From Promethearchaeota archaeon (lineage in GTDB: Archaea > Asgardarchaeota > Lokiarchaeia > Sigyniarchaeales > SOKP01), in NCBI GenBank assembly GCA_048938895.1, contig JBHLLU010000004.1, positions 1,721-65,720 on the forward strand: a stretch of 64,000 bases of DNA, given 5' to 3'. Of this stretch, positions 1 through 9,054 are shown one piece after another. Under the pieces are notes generated by a model. That model saw nothing but the letters and a program-made list of their open reading frames with translations, did no database searches and was not told the origin of the DNA. The position numbers were made by a program, and so were the translations under genes. Numbering within the stretch: position 1 is the first letter of the stretch; every line of letters begins with the position of its first letter.

Positions 1-1
1 A

Positions 2-3000
2 GATAGCGGCAATAATAACCATCTGATAACAGATACTTTCAATATTACTAATGTTTATAGTCCTTGGATCCCAGGGAATACACTAAAATTTACATACGAA
101 GCTGATGGTAGTGTTAGTAATTATGGTTATCATATGGATTATTATGAATTTATGAATGGTAGTTCAGATTATGACATCAATTCTGATACATGGGGATTTA
201 ATTATGCAGAGAATGGTGTGAGTGGAACTAATACATACGGTGCGGGTGAACATAGAAATGCGACAGGAATGTATGTTGGATTATATGGAGAAGTTGACAC
301 CCTTCCTTATATATTCAGCTATTCTGAAGGTGCTTTTTCAGAAATTTATCAAAATATATCTATTCCACGAGGAAGGATAATAAATGCATATCTTAGTTTT
401 GATTACAATGTTCCATTTGGATTGAAATCTAATGATAATTATATTTATTTTGAAATAAATAACCAAAGAGTATACTCAAGGGGAATGAGAGATATTATAG
501 AAGCTGGTAAAGGAATATGGTATAATACTGGTAAGATTTATATGAATCTTTGGTCAAATACTTCTGAAATTTTTGATGGTATTCTGGATGGACAACAATT
601 TAATATGTCAGTAGGTATAATGAGTGGGAGTGATGTTCAACTCTCCTATTTTGAAGAAGCTTATCAAAATATCGTGTGGTTTGATAATGTTTCACTTGTT
701 TTAACAACAATAGCTAATTCTACTCAAACTGGTGTAGATTTAAAATTTGATGATACGGCTCTTAATGATGTTAATGAATGGGGGTCTTCGGTCTTAAATC
801 TTACTGGCAATTGGGATATGAATCCTGTCACATTACAAATTGATACAACTTCACCACTTCTAAGCTTTAATTTGAATCTAACACTTTTTGGATATCATGA
901 TACAATTTCAAAAATTAATCAACAAAACGATAATGGAATTTCTTATGTAATATTAAAGAACGGTACAGTTTATTGGGAATTTTATCATAATTTTTACATG
1001 CCCTCCCAATATTCTGACTTTAAAATTACTATTTATAAACCTAAAAATTGGGAGATATTATCAGTTTTAGATCCTACATTTGTATCTCGTGAATTTGAAG
1101 GAGGTGAAATTGGAGATAATCATATTGTTATTAACCAAACATCCGCCCTTTATCCTGGTTGGTGGTTATTTACAGCAACCTCTCCAAATTATATAGAAAT
1201 TTCGAATACTAAAATGCTTAAACAGGGACAATGGGGTCAAAATTCATTCAGTACTGGTGAAACTACTAAAATAAGAACTCAGATTAATAAAAGTAATGAG
1301 ATACCACCAAACCTAGCACTAACAATGGCAAACTTAACCATTTATGATCCTAATGGATTAATTTGGTATGAAGAGAGTAGTAATCCTCTCCCAAATGGAA
1401 CTGTTGTATTTTCTGACATCACATTTACTGCTTTGAACTCCATAGGAGGTCAATATAATTATACAATATTTTGGAGCAATGGGACCGCTGTAGGAGGTGT
1501 TGAATCGAACTTTATTGTTAATCATCATTGTTCACTGACTCTTTTAAAACCAGATGATGCGAAATTGGATTTAAGAACAGAAGGAACTGTAGGTGATTTA
1601 ATTTATCTACAAGTTCTTTTAGAGGATTCTGAAAATAATTTAACGATCCCAGATTCTGAAATTTATTATAATTGGACTGATGGGACGCATCTATTCGGTG
1701 AATTAGGCTTTGGACTTTATGAAACGTTTCTTGATACAGGAGACTTAATGACTCTAGGTTTACATAACATTATTATAAAATCCAATAAAACTGGTTTTTA
1801 TGAAACCAATATTACTTTAGAAATTAATTTAGGTGAAAATACCAATTTACAGGTTCTCGAATCTGATGAAAAAATTGAATTACATGCGAACAGTACAATC
1901 AGATTTAAATACACAAACTATGCAGAGAACGGAATTGAGGGAGCATTAGTAAATGTTAGTATAAGTAATAAATCTCTATATTCTATTGATGATGAAAGCG
2001 GAGGAGTCTACAGTATCGAATTTAGTACTCTCTTTATAGATGCAATTGGTACCTATGAATTAAGTATTAATTTTTCTGCAACAGGTTATGAACCTCAATA
2101 TTACAAATATCAATTTGAAATCATTAAACAATCAGTTAATTTATCAGTTTATATCAATTCTGTTGAGAAAAGCGAAAATTCAGGAGTCGACGCAGCATTC
2201 AACGAACAACTTAATATCTCTGTAAGAGCTATTTCTAACATAGATGGAAAATATCTAACGGGGGGAGTAGTAATTTGCAAAAATATAGAGGGTAGTTATC
2301 AAAAGAACTTAACCATGTACCCAAATTACTGGTATAATACTACTATTATATGTTCTCCTGAAAATTTCTCATGGGGAGATCATGGTTATAAGCTTGAGTT
2401 TACTCACCCTAATTACAAAACAGCTACATTTGGATTTAATTTATTTATTGATCGTATAGAAATTGATGTAAACCCAATTGGATTTGAAGACACTATAGAT
2501 GCCGAAGTAGGTAAAAAAGTAAATATTCAAATACAATTGCTCGATCCTTACAATGCTAATCCTATTGAGAATGCAATTATAACTTATATATGGCACGGTG
2601 GATTTGGTTATATTAATCAAACTTCTCCCGGTATTTATGAAGTAAATCTTGAATTACCTAAGGATTTGCGTGGAAACTATAGGGTTGATTTGGTAATTTC
2701 ACCTAATAGTTCTATTTATAAGTCCACTCTGTATTCTTTTATTTTGGTAATTACCGATCCCACTCCTAGTAGAAATGAAGGCCTAGGGTTATTCTTATGG
2801 ATAATTATAGGGATATTAATATCTGTCGCAAGTATTTTAGGAGTGCTAAGCTTAAGATCTTATGTGATAATGCCAAGAAAGAGAAAAAAGGAAGCAGAAT
2901 TGCTTTCAAAGACTCAAAGATTTAAAGATCTTCGGAATATTCAAGCTATAGTAATAATACATAAAATGAGCGGCATCCCTCTTTATTCAAGGAGTTATTC

Positions 3001-3607
3001 GATTTTAGAACGGCATAAAAAAGAATTATTTTCAGGTTTCATTCAAGCTATAACTACTGTTGGGGAGGAATTCTCTGAAAAAGATCAAAAAGTTCCAGAA
3101 TCAAAAGAATCTACGACTCAATATGGTGTTGAAAAGATACTTGAACTTGATTTTAAATATTTTTATTGTTTAATAGCAGATATTGGGGATGTAAGAGCAG
3201 TATTTATACTTAGAGAAAAAGCATCTGAAAGACTAAAAAGCCAAGTGTCTAATTTAGTGTTAGCCTTGAATCTGAAATTATCCCAAGAATTGGAAAACTG
3301 GGATGGATCATTAGATACTTTTGAACAAACTATCCCACCAATTATAAATGAATATTTTGAGTTATATTATAAGGGTTCATTTCAATTGTCCTCTAAGATT
3401 GATCTATTAAAAATGCGAAAAGAAAAAAGCTTAGAAAAATTAGAAATCCGAGTATTAAATGTAATTCAGTCTGTAGCAAAACGGAACAACAATATCGTTA
3501 GTCTAGAGAATATCATAGAGTTGGTACATGAAGAAAACAAGGATCTCATAATAGAAGCATTAGAGGTATTAATCGAAAAGAAATTAATTACACCTATTAA
3601 TCCTTAG
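2..3607 (+). CDS. Giant surface protein, 5'-partial: sequon-rich ectodomain, one TM helix, cytoplasmic longin/roadblock-like domain plus winged-helix-like tail
   Basis: The frame of the 134..3607 ORF has no stop back to position 2, so the true N-terminus lies outside the window. I counted about 30 N-x-S/T sequons by hand in the first ~880 aa. The hydrophobic segment GLGLFLWIIIGILISVASILGVLSL is followed by PRKRKKE (positive-inside). The tail carries IQAIVIIHKMSGIPLYSRSY, SGFIQAITTVGEEF and ENWDG, the same motif set as the N-terminus of the 39306..41891 protein. The last ~60 aa (LEIRVLNVIQSVAKRNNNIVSLENIIELV...) look wHTH-like. Confidence 0.6.
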   Translation, partial: DSGNNNHLITDTFNITNVYSPWIPGNTLKFTYEADGSVSNYGYHMDYYEFMNGSSDYDINSDTWGFNYAENGVSGTNTYGAGEHRNATGMYVGLYGEVDTLPYIFSYSEGAFSEIYQNISIPRGRIINAYLSFDYNVPFGLKSNDNYIYFEINNQRVYSRGMRDIIEAGKGIWYNTGKIYMNLWSNTSEIFDGILDGQQFNMSVGIMSGSDVQLSYFEEAYQNIVWFDNVSLVLTTIANSTQTGVDLKFDDTALNDVNEWGSSVLNLTGNWDMNPVTLQIDTTSPLLSFNLNLTLFGYHDTISKINQQNDNGISYVILKNGTVYWEFYHNFYMPSQYSDFKITIYKPKNWEILSVLDPTFVSREFEGGEIGDNHIVINQTSALYPGWWLFTATSPNYIEISNTKMLKQGQWGQNSFSTGETTKIRTQINKSNEIPPNLALTMANLTIYDPNGLIWYEESSNPLPNGTVVFSDITFTALNSIGGQYNYTIFWSNGTAVGGVESNFIVNHHCSLTLLKPDDAKLDLRTEGTVGDLIYLQVLLEDSENNLTIPDSEIYYNWTDGTHLFGELGFGLYETFLDTGDLMTLGLHNIIIKSNKTGFYETNITLEINLGENTNLQVLESDEKIELHANSTIRFKYTNYAENGIEGALVNVSISNKSLYSIDDESGGVYSIEFSTLFIDAIGTYELSINFSATGYEPQYYKYQFEIIKQSVNLSVYINSVEKSENSGVDAAFNEQLNISVRAISNIDGKYLTGGVVICKNIEGSYQKNLTMYPNYWYNTTIICSPENFSWGDHGYKLEFTHPNYKTATFGFNLFIDRIEIDVNPIGFEDTIDAEVGKKVNIQIQLLDPYNANPIENAIITYIWHGGFGYINQTSPGIYEVNLELPKDLRGNYRVDLVISPNSSIYKSTLYSFILVITDPTPSRNEGLGLFLWIIIGILISVASILGVLSLRSYVIMPRKRKKEAELLSKTQRFKDLRNIQAIVIIHKMSGIPLYSRSYSILERHKKELFSGFIQAITTVGEEFSEKDQKVPESKESTTQYGVEKILELDFKYFYCLIADIGDVRAVFILREKASERLKSQVSNLVLALNLKLSQELENWDGSLDTFEQTIPPIINEYFELYYKGSFQLSSKIDLLKMRKEKSLEKLEIRVLNVIQSVAKRNNNIVSLENIIELVHEENKDLIIEALEVLIEKKLITPINP

Positions 3608-3655
3608 ATAAATAACAATAAAATTCAAATTTTTATTTTCCTTTTTCTTTTTTTA

Positions 3656-4285
3656 ATGGTAAAATTGGATAAATTAAGGTTTGTTTGTACTCGGTGTGGA
3701 AATTGTTGTACAGATAAAAATACCATAGTAAATGTAACCTATTTAGATATAATGAGAATAATTAAGAGATTAAAACTAAATTTCGCTGAATCTCTTGAAT
3801 TATTCGGATTTTACGTTTATGAAAAAGCTTTGACCTCTCATATACTCGAAAAAATGGTCATTTCTCCAATAAAGACTGAGAAAGGATTCGCTTTTATAGG
3901 ACTCATCAAAAATAATCAAGGAACTTGTTGTTTTTATGACCAAAGTAATAAGAAATGTTTGATCTATGATTTGCGCCCAATTTTTTGCAGATCATTTCCC
4001 TTTACGTTTAGTATATCTGAAATTAATGAAAATATTGTAAAACAGGAATTTGATATCCTTTATACTGAAAAAGCTAAAAACTATTGTGAAGGAATAGGTT
4101 CTGATTCTCCCCTTATAGATATTGATCAACAAGTTGAGTTAGGTCGAAATATAATTGAAGATTTAAAAAAAAATCACATTTTTAACGAGGATTGGAACAA
4201 AATAGTTTCTAATAAACAAATATCACCTTCAGCTAAGAATTTTCTTAAAAAGATATTTGATATGATTGATACAGAAGCTATTTAG
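3656..4285 (+). CDS. YkgJ/UPF0153-family CxxCxxCC putative Fe-S or Zn-binding protein
   Basis: N-terminal CTRCGNCC plus CCFYD...KKCLIYDLRPIFCRSFPF. A paralogue lies at 26312..27064 with the same motifs. Confidence 0.6.
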   Translation: MVKLDKLRFVCTRCGNCCTDKNTIVNVTYLDIMRIIKRLKLNFAESLELFGFYVYEKALTSHILEKMVISPIKTEKGFAFIGLIKNNQGTCCFYDQSNKKCLIYDLRPIFCRSFPFTFSISEINENIVKQEFDILYTEKAKNYCEGIGSDSPLIDIDQQVELGRNIIEDLKKNHIFNEDWNKIVSNKQISPSAKNFLKKIFDMIDTEAI

Positions 4286-4318
4286 TTTGATAATGATTAT
4301 TTAACTAATTTATTAAAA

Positions 4319-6037
4319 TTATAGATTGATAATATTACCTGGAGAATACTGAGAACAAGCTAATAATGTCCAATATAACATCTGTAATTCAATTTTATAA
4401 GCTAATTTATCAACTCGCCAGTTAAAGTCCTTTTCAAGATTTTCTAAAGTGAAAAATTCAGTAGAGTTCATTATATAATTAAGTAAGCGACTACATAATA
4501 CAGATTCTTGTTCTTTTAAATTCAGCAAATCTATAATTAATAATGTTCTGGCAGAATCTGTTATTAAATCCCCAATCGAGCCTTTCGACGTTAACTGTTT
4601 TTTAAGCTCGTTTACATATAAGGTGTTAAATCTTGATAAATCTACTCTCTTATCTATTATCTTAAGGATGGAAAGTTGATTATATATATCTAATGCTGGA
4701 TGAAATTCTTCTGATCGGGATAAATCTAAATTTATTATTTGCTTTATTAAGTTATCTTTTCTTGAGGAAATTATTTTGCTTTTTGCCAATAATTTTAAAC
4801 TAAGGAGAGTGAAATAATTTATTTTTAGTCTCTCTGGTACGAATTCCTTTAAGTTTCGTGTTAGAAACTCCTCTGTGGAGGTAAGATTGATAATATTAGT
4901 TCGATGTATTAAATTTAATTCAGTAATAATTGATAAGCCATAAAAAATACTAATTGAATCAGGTATTATATTCTTTGAAGAACTAAAAGCCATTCTATTG
5001 GTATAATTTCTTAAAAAATCAATTATCTCATTTGAAGCAAAAGGAAAATCTATACCAGCCATTTTAAGAATGGATATGTAATAAAACATTACTTCTAAAT
5101 CTAGAAAATCAGGATTAACCACCTTAGAATTTAATAGATTTTGAACATCAATTTTGATTCTACTCAGTAACTCTCTATGAACTGTTGGTAAATTTCCAAA
5201 AGAATTTAGAAAATCGGGTTTTTGTTCTTCGAGAGTCAACTCTCTATAGAGATATTGACTACTAGTACTATCATTTTGAGTAATTTCAGAAGATTCTGGT
5301 TCAGTTTTAATAATTTCAAGGTTCGGAGTTAACACTTCTTTTTTAGGTGTTTTAAGGGTTTCAATAAAATCTTTTTTAGCTTCTTGCAATTGAGCTAAAA
5401 TATTTGATTCTCCTTTGTTTTTCTCCTCCTTGTTTTGTCCTTTCTCTTTATTCATATCAGGGATATTTATAGGGTTTTCGTTGATAGATTTTATATTAAT
5501 AGATAAATCTGTTAAATTTAAATTTTCTTCAATCTCTGGAAAGTTAAAAAAAGTTTTTGACCTCGAATTAATATAGGTATCTTTAAAATTATTTAATTTA
5601 TCAATAAAACCTTGATGTATTAATTTGAATAATTTTAAAGTCTCAATTTTTTTTATATCTAAATCTAAAAGATATTCAGTTAATATCTCGAAAAGAATCT
5701 TACTGATATAGTTGTTTAGATATAGTTCAAGAAAGGTTCCATAACTAAATGATTCAGTACTGTTTTCTTCAATCTCTTCTAAATACTGTTTTTGGGTTGC
5801 TGATAATCTATTTATAGGCACTCCAATAGTATTTAATCCCGTTTTAACAGCTTTTAACATTAATAATATATTTTTTTTGGTAATTTCTTTATTAGTGCTC
5901 CCTAGTTCTTCTCTTAAATCAATATTTTTATAGGAAACAAGATCTCTCAAATATAAATAGGATTTATTGTAATATTCTAAAATTTCATTCCTCAATAACT
6001 GTGAAAATTTAGTGAGAATAATAACGCGTTCTCCCAT
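4319..6037 (-). CDS. Hypothetical helical-repeat protein
   Basis: Long ORF with no catalytic motif I recognise. A K/E/N-rich linker (NKEKGQNKEEKNKGES) separates two helical halves. The C-terminal half has 5-6 repeats spaced ~44 aa apart, centred on aromatic-x-x-L-S-I/L-L (FYYISILK, FYGLSIITEL, YFTLLSLKLL, YNQLSILKII, ARTLLIIDLL, LYWTLLACS). Confidence 0.4.
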   Translation of the reverse strand: MGERVIILTKFSQLLRNEILEYYNKSYLYLRDLVSYKNIDLREELGSTNKEITKKNILLMLKAVKTGLNTIGVPINRLSATQKQYLEEIEENSTESFSYGTFLELYLNNYISKILFEILTEYLLDLDIKKIETLKLFKLIHQGFIDKLNNFKDTYINSRSKTFFNFPEIEENLNLTDLSINIKSINENPINIPDMNKEKGQNKEEKNKGESNILAQLQEAKKDFIETLKTPKKEVLTPNLEIIKTEPESSEITQNDSTSSQYLYRELTLEEQKPDFLNSFGNLPTVHRELLSRIKIDVQNLLNSKVVNPDFLDLEVMFYYISILKMAGIDFPFASNEIIDFLRNYTNRMAFSSSKNIIPDSISIFYGLSIITELNLIHRTNIINLTSTEEFLTRNLKEFVPERLKINYFTLLSLKLLAKSKIISSRKDNLIKQIINLDLSRSEEFHPALDIYNQLSILKIIDKRVDLSRFNTLYVNELKKQLTSKGSIGDLITDSARTLLIIDLLNLKEQESVLCSRLLNYIMNSTEFFTLENLEKDFNWRVDKLAYKIELQMLYWTLLACSQYSPGNIINL

Positions 6038-6101
6038 TTCTCTATCCCCTATAATGGTTATTAATATATATTGAAAATTTTATAGCCTTATTAACATTTA
6101 T

Positions 6102-6875
6102 ATGTTAAAAATAAAAATAAAACGTTTTCATTTCATGGAGGGTTATAACTACAACAAGATTGCTCAAGATTACCATTCAAAAAGAAGAAAACCTTGGCGT
6201 CCGCTTGAATTTTTTGTTTCCTATCTTAAAAAAAAAAAGTATAATTTTAGCGGAATTTGTTTGGATTTAGGATGTGCAAATGGTAGAAATTTCAAAATTT
6301 TAGGTAGTCCTCCAAAAAAATTGGTTGGAATTGATATCTCCATTGAATTTTTAAAAATTGCTCAAAAGGATTTAAAAGATTCACGTTCATACTCAAAAGA
6401 AGAAGCCGCTTTTATTCAAATAATATTAGCAGATATAAGATATCTTCCAATTCGTACTGAATCAATCGATAATATCTATTCCATCGCAACAATCCATCAT
6501 GTTAAAAGAAGATCTGATAGAAAAAAGTTAATATCGCAATTAGAAAATATTCTAAAAAGAAAAGGTAATCTGATTATTACTGTATGGCGTAAATGGCAAA
6601 AAGAATATAAAAGTTATTTTTTTATTGATGGCTTTAAAAGAAGGTTTAGTTTAAATTATAAAGAACAGCAGAGAATGGCAGGGTTAAATGAGCATGGTGA
6701 TAAAGTTGTTCCTTGGACACTTTCAAGAGAAAATAAAACATATAATCGTTTCTATCACTTCTTTTCTAAACATGAGATTAAAAAATTATTAGAAGTCTTT
6801 GATATCAAAGAATTTAAAATTATGGGTGGAGCAGGTAATAGTGATAACTTCTTTATATTTGCTCAGAAAAAATAG
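6102..6875 (+). CDS. Class I SAM-dependent methyltransferase, Trm9/ALKBH8-like tRNA methyltransferase
   Basis: YNKIAQDYHSKRRKPW, SAM motif LDLGCANGRN, VGIDIS, IATIHHV, VPW...NRFYHFFSKHEI. By eye this matches the Trm9-type domain. An alternative ATG start lies at 6135. An A11 run at 6228..6238 sits inside the CDS. Confidence 0.55.
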   Translation: MLKIKIKRFHFMEGYNYNKIAQDYHSKRRKPWRPLEFFVSYLKKKKYNFSGICLDLGCANGRNFKILGSPPKKLVGIDISIEFLKIAQKDLKDSRSYSKEEAAFIQIILADIRYLPIRTESIDNIYSIATIHHVKRRSDRKKLISQLENILKRKGNLIITVWRKWQKEYKSYFFIDGFKRRFSLNYKEQQRMAGLNEHGDKVVPWTLSRENKTYNRFYHFFSKHEIKKLLEVFDIKEFKIMGGAGNSDNFFIFAQKK

Positions 6876-6878
6876 CAC

Positions 6879-7370
6879 TTAATGACACTCTATTGAACTA
6901 TAGGATTTTATGATATATGGCTTGAAATTTTCATACATGCTTTCTATAATTGAAGTATGTAAGTTAAATAATCGTTCAGTAACCTCACAATAAAAAATAC
7001 CATGTATAACTTTTTCAACATAATATCGTTTCCTAATCATCTTCCTTCGATGACCAAACCATGAAGTATATTCATGGCTCATTAACCAATCTCTTTCTTT
7101 ATTTGTAACAACTATGCCAATTGCATTATATGTTTCAATGCTATTCTCTACTTCTTTATAGTAAAATAAATCTGTCCGGTCTATTTTCTCCCATTTTATT
7201 TCAAATTTAGAATTAGAACCCCAAATTTCATCATAATCGTTTTGAGAATGCAATATTATGTAGCCATTATCTTCATTATCTTCACATTCCTCTTCTTTAA
7301 ACCAAATCGGCATTTTATTAATAATTAAACTACACTCTGGTTTTTCATAAATGATATAATTATACTCCAT
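6879..7370 (-). CDS. Hypothetical protein
   Basis: 163-aa ORF that fits the gap between neighbours. No recognisable motif. Confidence 0.4.
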   Translation of the reverse strand: MEYNYIIYEKPECSLIINKMPIWFKEEECEDNEDNGYIILHSQNDYDEIWGSNSKFEIKWEKIDRTDLFYYKEVENSIETYNAIGIVVTNKERDWLMSHEYTSWFGHRRKMIRKRYYVEKVIHGIFYCEVTERLFNLHTSIIESMYENFKPYIIKSYSSIECH

Positions 7371-7517
7371 GGAAATCCTTGATTTCTCTTAATTTAAAAT
7401 TATCAGATAAACTTATTTCTAACATAAATTATGTATTTATAAAACTTCTGAAAATTGAAATTGTCCCTAGATTAAATTTCTGGTAAATAAATTAGGGAGC
7501 AGATGAAAAGTATTATT

Positions 7518-8126
7518 TTATTTAATCAATTCTTTAGCATCTTCTATCCAATTTTTGCATCTATCAACTGAAACTCCCTTAATTAAAGAAGCAAGTTCTT
7601 CAGGGTTCTCTTTACATAGATCTTCAACTGTATTGACACCTAATTCCATGAATTTTTTCGCTGTTGCAACTCCAAGTCCAGGTAATTCTGTTAAAGGCGT
7701 ACCTATTTCTTCGATTTTAGCTTTTTCTATTTTAGCCAGTTTTGCTTTTTCTTTCTTTTTGGGTCTAACTTTTTCCTTAACGACAGGAGCCTTAGGAACC
7801 TTCTCAACAGGCTTTTTACGTATTACTTTGGCTGTCTCTTTCTTAGGTTTGAACTGAGTTCTTTTTTTCTCTCTTGGTACAAAAGGTTTTCTTTTCTCTA
7901 TTTCTTTTTTATCAATTTTTAAAGATTTAAGAGCTTCAATATTCTCAGAATAGACTGATTTTCGAAAATAATCAATCTCAATATTCATTTCTTTTAATTG
8001 AATTAAACTTTTCCCCGATTGTTTAATTTCTTCTAAAGAAAATCCTTTAGCTCGTCTCCAACTTAAACTTTTGGAAGGGCTTTTAACTGTTGCAAATACT
8101 TTAGCGTTACTCTCCATAATAACCAC
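7518..8126 (-). CDS. rpl13e: Ribosomal protein eL13-like domain fused to a Lys-rich linker and a C-terminal helix-hairpin-helix
   Basis: RRAKGFSLEEIKQSGKSLIQLKEMNIEIDYFRKS...ENIEALKSLK parallels the eL13 core (GRGFSLEEL..AGI....GI.VD.RR...S.E.L..N...LK). It is followed by a KPKKETAKVIRKKP... basic linker and LPGLGVATAKKFMELGVNTVEDL (HhH). GTG start at 8126; ATG at 8117. Confidence 0.5.
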   Translation of the reverse strand: MVIMESNAKVFATVKSPSKSLSWRRAKGFSLEEIKQSGKSLIQLKEMNIEIDYFRKSVYSENIEALKSLKIDKKEIEKRKPFVPREKKRTQFKPKKETAKVIRKKPVEKVPKAPVVKEKVRPKKKEKAKLAKIEKAKIEEIGTPLTELPGLGVATAKKFMELGVNTVEDLCKENPEELASLIKGVSVDRCKNWIEDAKELIK

Positions 8127-8249
8127 TCAAGTTTAATGTAAGTTTGATAAATTATGAAAACTTTTATCTTTTTCTATTTCATGGTTATAAATTAAAAAAA
8201 ACGTTGATTTTTATTCACAATCTCTTGAAAGAAAACAGAAATTTTTGTA

Positions 8250-8867
8250 CTAGGTTTCAATTACATCTAATTTTTCTAATTTTTTAAGGGAATCAGATAT
8301 CTCAGTTTTCTTCCTATTAAGCATTCTTGAAATTTTAAGTGGAGAATTCTTTCCTGTGCAAAGTAAAGCAATTTCCAAATCAATTTTTTCAATCATACCC
8401 ATAAGTGATACTTTTTCTAATACATTTTTAGCAACAAGTAATTTTGGGAATACTTCCGCAATCTTTCCTCCTAATGTTATATTCTCGATGTCAGCATTTA
8501 AAGTTTGGAACCTTGCCTTTTCTGTTGTATTTCGGAATATCTTGAGGTCAGATCGATGCTTTTTCCAAAATCTCATTGCGATCTTATGAATTACTTCTTT
8601 TATTTTCTCAGTATCATCATCAGCATCAGAAATTGAACAAAATAAGATTCGAGATAAAGGATGATAATAGATAAAAATCGTTGAATCTTCAGATTCTACC
8701 ACTCTATTCATTTCATTTACTCTTCTTCCTTTAGCCATAGATGCTTGTATTTTATCAATTGTTTTATTGATAACGTTAAAGAAATCTGTTAGAGTGATAT
8801 CTTGAATCTTTTCTAATTTCTTAAATGTTGCCTCAAAAAGCGATATTCCATTATCTGCATCAATCAA
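8250..8867 (-). CDS. Longin/roadblock-like domain protein with C-terminal wHTH
   Basis: The N-terminal alpha/beta pattern (LIDADNGISLFEATF ... TIFIYYHPLSRILFCSISDADDD) resembles the roadblock/longin-like modules elsewhere in the window. The C-terminus KNSPLKISRMLNRKKTEISDSLKKLEKLDVIE is wHTH-like. The first canonical start is TTG at 8867, but the frame is open to 8897. Confidence 0.45.
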   Translation of the reverse strand: MIDADNGISLFEATFKKLEKIQDITLTDFFNVINKTIDKIQASMAKGRRVNEMNRVVESEDSTIFIYYHPLSRILFCSISDADDDTEKIKEVIHKIAMRFWKKHRSDLKIFRNTTEKARFQTLNADIENITLGGKIAEVFPKLLVAKNVLEKVSLMGMIEKIDLEIALLCTGKNSPLKISRMLNRKKTEISDSLKKLEKLDVIET

Positions 8868-9054
8868 ATATGTCTTATAGATAATTAGATTCTCAACCTA
8901 CCTTTTATTGTTCAAAAATTAAATAATAGAAAAATATTATCCTCATTAGAAACATAAAAATAAGCAATAATAAAAATATGTGAAATCGATCTAGAAATGG
9001 GAATTTCCCTATAATTACTAAAGAAATAAAATTATAAATGGTAAGTTTTATACA

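Noticed and set aside
3630-3654. T-rich tract after the giant surface-protein gene as a transcription terminator
   Set aside because: It ends 1 nt before the ATG of the next same-strand gene (3656) in a 48-nt gap. A terminator here would leave no room for a promoter, so co-transcription is at least as likely.
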